From: the human T2T-CHM13v2.0 reference genome, Homo sapiens
Reading direction: 5' to 3' (one strand)
DNA: 64,000 nucleotides
Assembly (NCBI RefSeq): GCF_009914755.1
Contig: NC_060927.1
Below the pieces are notes generated by a model that worked only from the letters and a program-made list of their open reading frames with translations, made no database searches and was not told the DNA's origin. Made by a program: the position numbers and the translations under genes. Positions 13,701-28,891 of this stretch are shown here, piece by piece (position 1 is the first letter of the stretch; the number at the start of each line of letters is the position of its first letter).

Positions 13701-14547
13701 ATTTTTAACTTTGTAGTTTTAAAAGAAGACGTTTATTAGCACCATGTAAATTCATAAAACAGTAATATTAGTAGAATGTGATTTAAGATAATTGTAGACA
13801 TTTTCCAAAACAGTTATTATACCTGGTGTCATTTATACTGAACAAATATTTACAGACAAATCTTTATAAATGAGCAAGTTATATACAATATCAGTTCCTG
13901 TGATTTTCTCAATGAGGATATTAACAACTGTTACTAAAGCTATTTTACACTGTCCAATGTCCTAACACCTTGAAATTAAATGATGTATATCAATATCTTC
14001 CAACAGTGAAATGTATACTTAGGAGAAATATGTTACAATGAATGTCTATATAATTCAAAATGTGAACTGCTCACAGAGTGAAATTTACTCAAATTCAGAG
14101 ATATGATTGAATTTTTGTTGTCAACTATGCTTATAACATGTTCCCTGTTATTTTAATGAATAGGATCATTGTAACTATTAGTATGCTATATGAATACATA
14201 ATATTTTAATAATTACAATGATTAGACAATAAGCAATTACTCTCTACCTGTCTTAAAAACTAAGAAATACTAACTGACTATCTGCATTTTATCTATTAAC
14301 TTAGATCTTTGTTTCTCAAATTTTAATGTAGAGGCCAAATATTTCATATGTATATATAGTTTATATTAACTTTAGATACTATTATATTTGTGCTTTTTTG
14401 AGTTTATGTATAGACAAATTGTACTGTTCTTCAGTGCAGATACTAATAATAGCAATCATCTTGAAAAAAACTCAAATGCTCCATTGAGTAAGAAATTTCT
14501 TTCTTGTAATGCACGGTATGCAATAGAAAAGCTATTATAACATTATA

Positions 14548-14722
14548 CCATCAGAGCAGGAAGAACCTTAGAGACCAAGTAGTCCAACCCCCTCATTTTA
14601 CACATGCAGCTGTGGGACCTCCGAAAGGTCAAGTGACTTGCCAAAGGTGACAGTACCAACAGTTAGTGGCTGAGCTAGAAACAGGGCTCTGTATTCCCAG
14701 TGTTATGTCAATGCTCTCTTTG
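14548..14722 (-). mobile_element. MIR (MIR3/MIRc-like)
   Basis: agtccaaccccctcattttaca...aggtcaagtgacttgccaaaggtgacag...gagctagaa. Confidence 0.75.
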
Positions 14723-14769
14723 CAAATGATTCTTAACGAACTTTATAGCCTCCAGTCATGCTCACAACC

Positions 14770-14930
14770 TATCCATTCTCTACACTGCTGCCAGAATGAT
14801 CTTTCATGAATACAAATCTGACCAACTTCTTCCCCTGCTTAAAAGCCTTTAATCGACTTTATCACTCACAGAAGAGACTTCAAGTTTCTTAGAAGTGACT
14901 ATAGGATTCTGATATCTGTTTGATTTTCTA
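14770..14930 (+). mobile_element. L2 fragment
   Basis: ccattctctacactgctgccagaatgatcttt...caaatctgacc...cccctgcttaaaagccttt. Confidence 0.7.
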
Positions 14931-15019
14931 GTTTATTCTCTCACTAATTCTTAGAATCTAGAACCTGACTCCTGCAAATGCATCATACTTTATCCCAAAA
15001 TGATTTTGAATTTCTCTGA

Positions 15020-15823
15020 AGCTAAGAGCAAACTGTTTTTTTCCTTCTCTATTTTCTCTGATTCACTGAACATTTGTGACACCAGATGTGTGGGTGCTAA
15101 CTAGCTGGACATTCTCAAGTTCAATTCAATTCTGTAACTATTTACCTGGAGATATCATCAGATTCCACAGGTTAATGGCTCAATCCCACAAGACTGCTCC
15201 CACTTCAGATACCAGTCACAAGCAGCAGGTTGTAGCCTGTGCTTCTGACCAATCAGCTGTAAACCACATTTTTCACAATGCTTGGCTTGGGTTTGATTAA
15301 TTTGATAGAATGGTTCACAGAGCTTAGGGATTTACTTAGGTTTACCAGTTTACTTGAAAGGATATTACAAAGGATATGGATAAATGGCCAGATGGAAGAG
15401 ATACACAGGGTGAGGTTATGTAGGAAGAGGCCTGTAGCTTCTGTGCCTTCTTCAGTACACCACCCTCAAAGCATGTCCATATGTTAAGCCATCTGGATGC
15501 TCTCTGAACCTCATCCTTTTGTGATTTGGAGGAAACTTAATCAACTGGGAATGGCTGATATATTATTGGCAATTGGTCATCAACTTAACCTTCAGCTTAC
15601 TCCCTTGTGGATGTTGAGGGTTGAGTCTCAATGTCTCAAACCCCTAGTCATGCCTTGTTCTTTCTGGTGACCAGCCCCCATCCTGAAGCTCTTTAGGGTC
15701 CTCAGCCACCAGGCATGTCATTAGCATACAAAAGACACTCTGATAACTCCAAACATTCCAAGAGTTTAAGAAGATATATATCAGTAAACAGGGAAGACCA
15801 AACATGTATTTCAAAATATCACA
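15020..15823 (-). mobile_element. MER21-family LTR (ERVL)
   Basis: aattcaattctgtaactatttacctggagat...tcccacaagactgctcccacttcagatacc...gggtttgattaatttgatagaatggttcacaga...aatatcaca. Confidence 0.8.
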
Positions 15824-17949
15824 ATTTTAAAAAGCCACCTCCTTATTATCTCATTTTATTATTACATAGCAAACTTCAGAAACAGATTTTTGATTTTATA
15901 AAATAGAAGATATTTGTGTTGCTCAAATATATACATCTGATTATTGACTGATTGAAAAGGAAAACCTACATCATTTTTCTCTTGGTATCTTTACAATGAT
16001 TACCATAATTACTAACAGAAAAATCAAAAGCATTAATTTATTAATATAATAAACCACATTTAAAGTAGTTATGCATAAATTTAGATTTCACTAAGAACTT
16101 GATTCTTAAGTAAAATCAATGTATATCCTTTTTTAAATTAAAAAAAACATGTTTACTTACACAGATCAGACACCCTGTATGGGTACTGTGTAAGCAAGGT
16201 ATGAGACTAGTTTTACAAGAAGCTCTTGTTGACTCTATAAGTCACATTTGATTCTTTAAAGGAAAACAACTCATTCCCATAAAAGCCTTGGTAAAATAAC
16301 CAGTGTCTCTAATTATGTCCTGTTACAAAATAAGATGAATTCTTATTGCACTTATGCAAATAAGTATATTGCCATAAGTCAATAATACTCACAAATAGTT
16401 TCCAAATTTGGGAGAAATCTGGTAAAGAGAAATATGCTCCAAATTTTTTTCATAGGAGTGTACTTTACTCATCTGTTAAAAGCTGTGAATAGAAGGATTA
16501 TTTCAGTGTTCTATTAGTTCAGTCCACACAGTTAATTCCTGTTCTGCTTGATATTCATAAACATTTCAGCTCTCCATGAGAACCTTGAAAGTTTTTCTCC
16601 ATTCTAATGTCACAATTTCTGAAGTTATCAGAAATGGGCAATTCAGAGCAGCAGTTAGTGTCCTATCATTGATTATAAAACCATCTATTAAAGATGATTA
16701 AAACAAGACAACAATTGTCTGGGGATGACAAGAAGTCTTAAGGAAGCAACAGTCAAAGACACAATGGACAAGGAAATTTGTAACCTCTTTGGCACACAAT
16801 AATTTAACATAACAATTATAATTATTACTGATAACGTATACTAAGTTATATTAGAATCATAGGAGTTTTGCATAATTTTGGAACATGTACCATTAACACA
16901 TTTATAAAGAGCAGATTAATGTTTTAATGAAACTCTGTTGTGCTTTTATTCTAATGTGTGAATTATGGAAAAACTGAATAATACCCCTTTAACATTAGCC
17001 GATATACACACAGAATCTCTTTTACATGGTTAATTTTCAGAAACCTTCCATAACTTGCTTAAACCTTCAGGTTTATCCTATCTAACCTAACACAATCCTT
17101 TAGACTTCTAAACTAGGCAAAAAACATTCACATTCCAAAACTTTATTATAATCTTTTACCAAAAGCACATTTTAATTTACTTACATGGCTTGCATGTAAA
17201 ACTATTTTTCCAGTAGTCTCAAGTACATGTTACACTGTTAACTCTTAGACTTTTACTTTTTTTGAAAAACTTGATAAGTGAGTTCTTCTAATTATATACT
17301 AGCTTTGGAGCCTCGGACACCAGACAGAAGTGCAGATAAGGTTTGACTCTTTCTAGCATAGCTAGGGGGCATGATTAACTTTGTATGTCCCCAGGTCTTA
17401 CCAAGCTTTAAAGCACACAAGTTTTACAGTTCAGAGCCATAGTAGGAGTTTATGACTTTAAAACATTTGCTAGACCTAATACCCTTTAAAACTACATTTT
17501 TATAAATTATCTTTCATAAATCTTTTTACAACTTACACATACCATCTGCCACATGCTTGGACTTTCTGACTTCCCCTAAACAGCTCTCTTTTTAAACAAT
17601 CAGTCATTTTACTTTAGGAAAATAATTTGCCATACATGATCCTTTCTCACATAAAATCTTTTTTTCTTTATTTTTTTTTTACAAAAATACCTCTTTACCT
17701 TTATTACCCTTGAATTAGACAAAAGTCATTTTCCTTCTGTTAGGAACTTATGGTTTGTATTGCATGTTGCTGTGTGAGTTTTGTGAAGGGGGAGCAGATA
17801 TGTATTGTAGAAGTTATCACCCCTCAAGAAATTGCTTAATTAGATTTTTGCTAAGGCTTGTCTAGATAAGAGTAGGCTATTTCTAAACTCCTGAAGTAGA
17901 ACTGTCCAGGTAAAAGTCATTGGTTAAAGATTTAGGCACCTTTCCCAGG

Positions 17950-19196
17950 TGTAAATCAAAAATAATATTCTAAGACCCCCCCCCCCCCACCCCGAACAAT
18001 CTGAATGGACTTTCTCCTCAGCCAGGGCTGTTTTACAATTTAACCTGAAAGACTGTTTCAGGCCATGACAGGAAGTGGCAATTGAACATGCCTCATTATA
18101 CCTCTCCAGCATTAACATCAACACAGACTTTAAGTCTGATAAGAAACATTTTACAACCTATTCTCTCTGATGCCTACTATCTTCATGAAGTCTTCCTCTG
18201 CAAATATAAACTTCAGTCTCCACAACCTCTTATCTTAACCCAGACATTCCTTTCTACTGATCCCAGTGATGTGAGATATTTCTCATTCCCTGTGCCAACT
18301 TAGGACCTCCACGGCCAGTGACACACCCCTGCCGCAGCCTTGCTGGGCCCCAAGCCTGCTGCTGGAGGTGCCTCACCCACTAGGCCTGCCTGTGTTATAG
18401 ATTGTACCTGTGTTTGCCAGTTTCCAAGCTCTTGTCCTGCATCCAAGAAGAATGAGATTGCACTGACAATTAGAAGAGTGAGGATGGGTGGAGAAGAATT
18501 TTATTGAATGATGAAGAGCTGTCAGCAAAGAGGGGATGTAATGGGTGGCCCCCCTTCCCACCAGTTGGGTGGGTTTCTTTCTCAGTGTGGCTAGATATGG
18601 GGTTTTTTTATGGACTTGGAATGGGGAGTGTATGATGATTGGTTTGTGAGTAGGCAAAAAAGGTTAAGTGAAGACACCACTCAAAGGTGGGCACAACAGC
18701 ATAGAAAACCAATTAGGAAAGGGTAGGTAAATGTAAAATAGGTAAAAAGTGGGGATCAATCAGAAGAAAGCATGCCAAATGGGAAGTCAGGTTCTCAGTC
18801 CAGTCTGTAGATTTGACTTATAGCTTGGCTTTCAGGCTTTAAACTGTCTTCAGATTGGAGGTGGGGATTCATCAGGGAGTCACCCCTATGTGCATAGGCA
18901 TTTGTCTGTCTCTTGCTGCTATCACCAGGTCTTTAGATAAACTCAACAAATTGTCAACCATGCAATTTTTAAATCTACCTATAAGCTGAAGCCCCCCTTG
19001 CTCAGAGTTGTCCCAGGTTTCCGGACCAAACCAATGTATTTCTTACATGTATTTGATTGAAGTCTCATGTCTCCCTAAAATGTATAAAACCAAGCTGCAC
19101 CCTGACCACATTGGGCACATGTTTTCAGAACCTCCTGAGGGCTGTGTCACAAGCCATGGTCATTCCAATATTTTAGAGTTTGATTTTTCATTGACA
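17950..19196 (+). mobile_element. MER4B-like solo LTR (split by LTR27)
   Basis: tgtaaatcaaaaataatattctaagacccc...aaaatgtataaaaccaagctgcaccctgaccac...ttgaca; TG...CA ends; 4-bp TSD cagg (17946-17949 / 19197-19200). Confidence 0.85.
18267..18924 (-). mobile_element. LTR27-like solo LTR (ERV1)
   Basis: Minus strand begins tgatagcagcaagagacagacaaatgcct...gacagtttaaagcctgaaagccaagcta; TG...CA ends; 4-bp TSD ccag (18263-18266 / 18925-18928). Confidence 0.85.
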
Positions 19197-21125
19197 CAGG
19201 AGAAATAGGGATATTAAAGAGAAAGACAATTTAGAGGTCAGGTAAATATTAAGCAGTCACCCTTCTTGAAAAGTATATTTTTGCCCCAAGGGGTGTGAAT
19301 ATTTTCTTTTGGAGGGAGTGAGTGCCATTTGTTCCCATTACCCAAAAAGATTGGGAGGAACTGCTTAGAAAAGGATATGAACACAAAGTATGCAGCTCTT
19401 GAACCCAAAAGGTAAACTTATAATTTTACTTGCTGCTTCCAGAGTTGATCTTGGCTTTGTCCTGTTGATGAAGATGTCTAATCTGGGAACAGGCTGGAGC
19501 CAAAAGTCCCTTCAGCTTGAGGCTATCAAGTGTTGGTATTCTGTGACCCATTCCAATGACAAACTTGTGGCAGAGGGAGCAAGCACTGTGGGGTTTTTTC
19601 CTATTAATCCCATTGGTACAGTTTGCCTTCCAGTGGCCTGCTTCCAGCACAAATGGCAGATACTTGGAGAGTGTCCTTAGGGCAACCTGAAGGGGGCTGG
19701 TGAGCTTACATAGCAGCCAATAGTTAAGCCTGCCTCTCACTGTTTTTACCTTTTTCTTAGCCCTTCCGTCCTTATTCAACTTTCAGTTACAAAAGACTGA
19801 GGAGGCTAATCTGAGGGCCTCCTTCACAGGGGCACCGGATTCCAAAGCTGACTGTTGTAATTTCCTTCTGATTCACTTTTTAGGTCAAACAGTATTACAA
19901 AGTAAAACTAGTTTTTGTGTATTAAGGTTTGGGGGAATCAAACTTTCCTAGTTTGGGGTGATGCCTCTGAGGGGCATGTCCTGTGGTATATGCAATCACC
20001 ATCTGAGAAGAGAAAACAGAAGAGAAAAAAATGAAAAATGATGGTCTCCTCTCTTATCCCAGAACCAACCTTCATCTCTGTCTTATGGGTCTTTTTTACC
20101 TGTGGCCTTGGGCTGGCCTATATCCTTGTCTCTATGACCTTACAGTGACTCTTGCTTGGAGCATTCTAGCAACAAAACGTTTATCTCTTTTCTCAGATTC
20201 TCATTTACTATGTTATTTAAGTAGATGAGAAGCCTGTTTTTCAGCTAACTGCTACAGGGGGCTGGACTACCTTCCTTTTGAATATAAACTTTAAGTCTTA
20301 ATGCATACTGAGAAGGGTGTGGAAGTGATTAGAGAGATGGAGGCTACAGAATGAAGTGGGAGGAAGCCAGAGGAACACTCATTGAAAGCCTTCATGTGCT
20401 CACAAAAGCAGCAGCCCTTATATTGGAGAAGGCAATGTTTATGTGCCCTCTTGACATAAAGTAGTAACCTCAGGAGGATGTAGGGCTTCAGGTAGGAACA
20501 CACAAATGACAAAATAAGAATTTCCCCTCCTCTCAAAGGGGTGTTAACTCTAAAACAAACAAAACAAACAAATAAAAAAAAAACAAGAAGCTGGGGTCCT
20601 TAAAGGACCACTGAGTGAGGCACTATTGCAGCCAGACAAACTCTTTCAAAAGCCGCCACAAAACACAGCCCTGGGGCATATCACTAATGAAAAACTTGCT
20701 CCTTTAAATAGTAAGTCATAAGGATCTGGTAGAGTCAAGGTTCTGATTAGTGTCTATCTGGGCAATGTGCTAGCAGACAGGGGAAGGGTTGGAAAGTCAT
20801 CTGAGCTGGTAGGGTAGAAGAGGTATAAACCTCAGGGGATATCCACAAGGGAGCCCATGTCTTTGCCTCTGAGCACACTAAGGGCTGCAGGTGCATAAAT
20901 AACAGGGAGTAAGTATATTTCAGCCAGAGAACAAAGTCATGCATCATGCAAAGCAAAACCAGAGAAGAGGCAAACTTGCCCCCAAGGCAAAAGTCTGGCA
21001 GGTACATGAGGTAATTTCAGAATACACACAGATAAAACAGAAGAATAGGCAGTGAAGGTTTTTAGGAAAGAGCCAATTTATTTGAAAAAGTAGAGGAAAC
21101 CCCAGACATTGAACAATCTCAGACT

Positions 21126-21438
<313 letters not shown>

Positions 21439-21824
21439 GTCACAGTCTCAGACTTTATCCCTACCACTCTTGCAAATCTCCTGTCAGGGAGAGCCATTAG
21501 TATCTCAGTTCTACTCAGCAAAGACCTCAAGGTCCTTCTTACCCCTGGGAGCCAGCCATCAGGGTGAACTGAGAGATCAGCCTAAGGAAGCAGAGCCACT
21601 GAATCCAAGAGTAATCCTTCTGGGGGTTGGTTAATAAGCAGGAGAGTGAAAGGAGAAGGAAACCACATATGGGAGTTGAATATCTCCAGCTGAAGAAGGC
21701 AAGATGTAGACATGACTTACCACTAGGTAATATACCCAAGTCAGCAGCAGAACATATCCAACTCACGTGGTACCAAAGTACTTTAGCAATAGGGAATGTA
21801 TCCAAGTCACACATCACCCAAGTA

Positions 21825-22524
21825 TGTTACTGGTGGCAAATCCATACAGATCTACTGCAACCTCAATTCTTGCCTCCTCGGAAGAAAGAATTCAACCAAG
21901 GGACATAAGGCAGAGTGAGAGACTGAGGCAAGTTTTAGAGCAGGAGTGTAATATTATGAGAAAGCTTTAGAGCAGGAACAAAAAGAAGTAAAGGACATTT
22001 GGTAGAGGTCCAAGTTGGCAACTTGAGAGATCAAGTGCATTGTTTGACCTTTGACATGGGGGTTTTATATGTTGGCATGTTTCTGGGAAGTTGTGTTTTT
22101 TCTCCCCTGATTCTTCCCTTGAGGTGAGCTGTCCATATGGGCAGTGGTTTGTCAGCACTTGGGAGGAGCGGGATGTGCCCTGTGTTTACTGGATTTGTAT
22201 ACACATGCTCACTTGGGGCATTTTTCCCTTACAGTCAAGTGTTCCTAAAGGTCAGATACCAGTAAAACTGCCATTTTGCCTCTTAGTTCACATGCATGAG
22301 CACACTTGCCCAATCTTGAGAATCTTATCTGGAAGCTACTGATCGCAAGCTTTAGATTTTTCCTATCTACTGGGAGACAGTCTTTCCCTGGTGTCTGCTG
22401 CGACCAATTATTTTAGAGAGACAGGTAACAACCGCGTGACAATCTCTTGATGGTCTCCCCACATTCCTGGCTAGGAGGGCCCTCTCCTGCCCTGCTCATG
22501 TCTGACTAGCTACCTACTGTAATA
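21825..22524 (-). mobile_element. MER50 LTR (5' LTR of the provirus)
   Basis: Minus strand reads t(a)ttacagtaggtagctagtcagacatgagcagggcaggagagggcc, the MER50 5' end; other end is tgttac at 21825. Confidence 0.88.
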
Positions 22525-24068
22525 TTTGTAATGATAGGAGACATCTAGATAATGTGTCACAAGTAAACAGTTAATTCGAATTGATCGTGACCACAGTTAG
22601 AATTACAATTGGTTACTATAAAAAGGATTTTTCTTCAGAAAACCAATTCAAGTATGTTAATGTAAGGTTTAGATTCAATTTTAAGAAAGTTAAGAGAAAT
22701 ATTTATTAAATAAATTTGCTTGATATGCATTTGATGTCTTATGTATGTGGAATGTTTTTGTAAGCAGTTTTCTTTCTTTCATATTTTCTGTCTAAAGCTC
22801 TAGTACTCAAATGATTTTTAAAAAGAACAAAACTTATCAAATTCATTAGAAAGTAAATGAGTAATAAATATTTGATTTTGTTAAGTGATACACTAAATGA
22901 TACATTCAAAATGAAAGCTATCTTTGTTATTTTTTAATAGCATGGATCTCTGAAGAATCAGTAAATTACCTTGTTTACAAAAATGTTTAAAACAATTTTG
23001 TACTTGTAAATAAACCAAGAAATATAATATATGAGAAGACAGTTTTGAAAATCAAGTATTATAAACATAAGATACATTGAATATGAAAGATAATGGATCT
23101 ACAAAAGATTCTTTAAAATAATAAAGTATTTTATAGGTATGATAGTTTATTTTTATTTTATTTATAAATATATTTATTACTGTGATTAGTTGAGTTTTTC
23201 AAAAACAGATTTTATTAAAATTTTTATTTTACCACCCTACTAACTAACCAAGGTAATGTAAACTTAAACAAAGCAATGATTATTTCAGACATTTATCACT
23301 GTGGCCAAAATCAGAGGAATATTGTGAAATAAATTATTCACTGGATCCTGTGAGAGATATACCGCAATTATATGCAAGATTGGGATAAATTTTTGAAAAT
23401 ACATTTTAAAAAGTTTAAATTCAGGATTTTAAAATTATTTAAGTAAAAAATAAAATTTGATTTTTAACACATTTCATCAGTGGATGTGTCAATGCTTTTT
23501 CCAATAATTTTAAAATATTTAAAACATTGGCTTAAGTTTGTGTTAGAGTTACCACTGTCAACACATAAGTAAAAAAACTGACCAACAAAAACTTTCTTAA
23601 ATAAAGCATCTATCTTTAAAGAATTGCATTTAATTTCGCAAATGTAGTCTTTTAATATTTACTTGGTATATAACCAAGTAAACATATCTCATATGTTAAA
23701 CATATAAAAGGCATTTGCAGAAAATAGTGAAGACTTGTTCCATTAAGCTTCCCTACTGTATGATAATCTACTATTCAAAAATTCAAACTTCTAAAATAAT
23801 GTTTTAGGTCCTTTGGATTCTTCACTGTACATTACATAGTCTACATTTTTTATATGACACAGGAACACAAAGAATTATAGATAAATAAAAATACAGCAAT
23901 ACACCTCAGAACCTGAGAATCGACATATGATATTTATGACTTTAAGAAAGTCTTAGTTTCTTAATCTCCCTCGTTTTTGCGATATTATCATATGAAACAC
24001 TTAGGGCAAATTACTTTTAAGGCCATTTGCCAGTTCCCATTATGACATGAGTTTACAATTATTCTTTT

Positions 24069-26398
<2,330 letters not shown>

Positions 26399-26783
26399 TA
26401 ATAATGCAGTTATTAAATGTTGATTTAGAGAAGCTTAACTGTTTACAAAATGATTATTGAAGATTCCTGCCTTTAAATCTTAATAGTCACATACAACAAA
26501 ATAGAGAACTACAAAAAGAAATATTCAATATGAAGTTATTAACAGCAAACCATTTTTTGTAAAAATTAATTTTGAAACTAACTTTTTTGGTATATAAAAC
26601 TCTTATAAATCTTAATAATTTCTTTAATACGAATGCAAGCTTTTGAAAATATTTTAATAAATGTCTCCAATATTCTGGTCTAATGTATTTCCATAATGCT
26701 ACAATTTTAATAACATTGAAAATAGAGAAAATTTAAATGTATTTGAAGGTAATATACACGTAATTCAAAAATCTGTATATTAT

Positions 26784-28891
26784 TGTATCAGCCCATTCTC
26801 AAACTGCTAATAAAAACATACCAAAGACTGGATAATTTATAAAGGAAATAGGTTTAATGGGCTCAGAGTTCCAAGAGCTGAGTAGGCCTCACAATCATGT
26901 TGGAAGATGAAGGAAGAGCTAAGTGACCTCTTAAATGGTGGCAGGAAAGAGAACATGTTCTGGGGAACTCCCCTTTATAAAACCATCAGATTTTGTGAGA
27001 CTTATTCACTATCACAAAAGCAGCACCCACCCCCATGATTCAATTTCCTCCTGCTGGGTCCCTCCCAAACACATGGGAATTATGGGAGATATAATTCAAG
27101 ATAAGATTTGGATAGGGACACAGTCATACCATTCTGCCCCCATCCCCTCCCAAATGTGTTGTCCTCACATTTCAAAACCAATCATGCCTTCCCAACAGTC
27201 TCCCAAAGTCTTAACTCATTAAGCATTAACTCAAAAGACCACAGTCTAAAGTCTCATCTGAGACAAGGCAAGTCCCTTCTGCCTACGAGCTGTAAAATCA
27301 AAAGCAAGTTAGTTACTTCTTAGATACAATGGAGGTACAGGCATTGGGAAAACACACTCATTCAAAATGGGAGAATTTGTCCAAAACAAAAGGGCTACAT
27401 GCCCCATGCAAATCTGAAATCTAATAGGGCAGTTATTAAACCTTAAAGTTCCAAAATAATCTCTTTGAACTCCGTGTCTAACATCCACATCACGCTGATG
27501 CAAGAAGTGGGCTCCCACAGCCTTAGGCAGCTCCTCCCCTGTGGCTTTGTAGCATACAGCCCCCTCCTGGCTGCTTTCATAGGTTGGCATTGAGTGTTTG
27601 TGGTTTTTCCAGAAGCACAGTATAAGCTGTCGGTGGATCTCTCATTTTGGGGTCTGGAGGATGATTGCCCTCTACTCACAGCTCCACTAGGCAGTGACCC
27701 AGTGGGAACCCCGTGTGGGGTCTCCAACCCCACTTTTTGCTTCCCCATTGCCCTACTAGAGGTTCTCCATGAGGGTCCTGCCCCTGTAGTCAATATTTGC
27801 CTGGACATCCAGGCATTTCTCTACATCTTCTGAAATCTACGCGGAGGTTTCCAAACTTCAATTCTTGACTTCTGTGCATCAACAGACTCAACACCATGTG
27901 GAAGCTGCCAAGACAGCAGCGGGGCCCTGGGCCCAGCTCACAAAACCAATTTTTCTCCTAGGCTTCTGGGCCAGCAATGGATGGGCTGCCATGAAGTTCT
28001 TTGACATGCCCTTGAGACATTTTCCCAATTGTCTTGGCAATTAACATTTGGCTCCTTGTTACTTACGCAAATTTTTGCAGCAGACTTGAATTTCTCCCCA
28101 GAAAATGGGTTTTTCTTTCCTATCGCATCATCTGGCTTCGAATGTTCCAAACTTTTATGCTCTGTCACCTCTTAGACTCTTTGCTGCTCAGAAATTCCTT
28201 CCACCAGATACCTCAAATCATCTCTCTCAAGTTCAAAGTTCCACAGATCTCTAGGGCAGGGCCAAAATGCCACTAGTCTCTTTGCATAGCAAGAGTGACC
28301 TTTAAACAAGCTCTTCTTTGCCATCTGAGACTACCATAGCCTGGACTTTATTGTCCATATCACTATCAGCATTTTGGTCAAAGCCATTCAACAAGTCTCT
28401 AGGAAGTTCCAAGCTTTCCCAGATTTTCCTATCTTCTTCTGAGCCCTCCAACCTGTTCTAACCTCTGCCTGTTACCCAGTTCTAAAGTTGCTTCCACATT
28501 TTCGGGTATTTTTATAGTAGCACCCCACTCTACTGACACCAATAGTCTGTTCTCATGCTGCTAATAAAAAATACCCAAGACTGGGCAATTTATGTAGGAA
28601 AGAGGTTTAACGGACTCACAGTTCCACATGGCTGGGGAGGCCTCATAATCATGGCAGAAGATGAAAGAACAAAGGGATGTCTTACATGGTGTCAGGCAAG
28701 AGAGCTTGTGCAAGGGAACTGCCCTTTATCAAACCAACAGATCTCGTGAGACTTATTCACTATCACGAGAACAGCACTGAAAAGACCTGTCCCCATGATT
28801 CAATTACCTCCCACCGAGTTCCTCTGATAACACATGGAGATTTTTACAATTCAAGATAAGATTTGGGTGGGAACACAGCCAAACCATATCA
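26784..28891 (-). mobile_element. Full THE1C-like MaLR provirus (LTR ~26784-27131, internal, LTR ~28543-28891)
   Basis: Two THE1 LTRs (gctaataaaaa...ggggaactccctttataaaaccatcag...aaaccatatca) flanking THE1-int; degenerate 5-bp TSD attat/actac. Confidence 0.9.
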
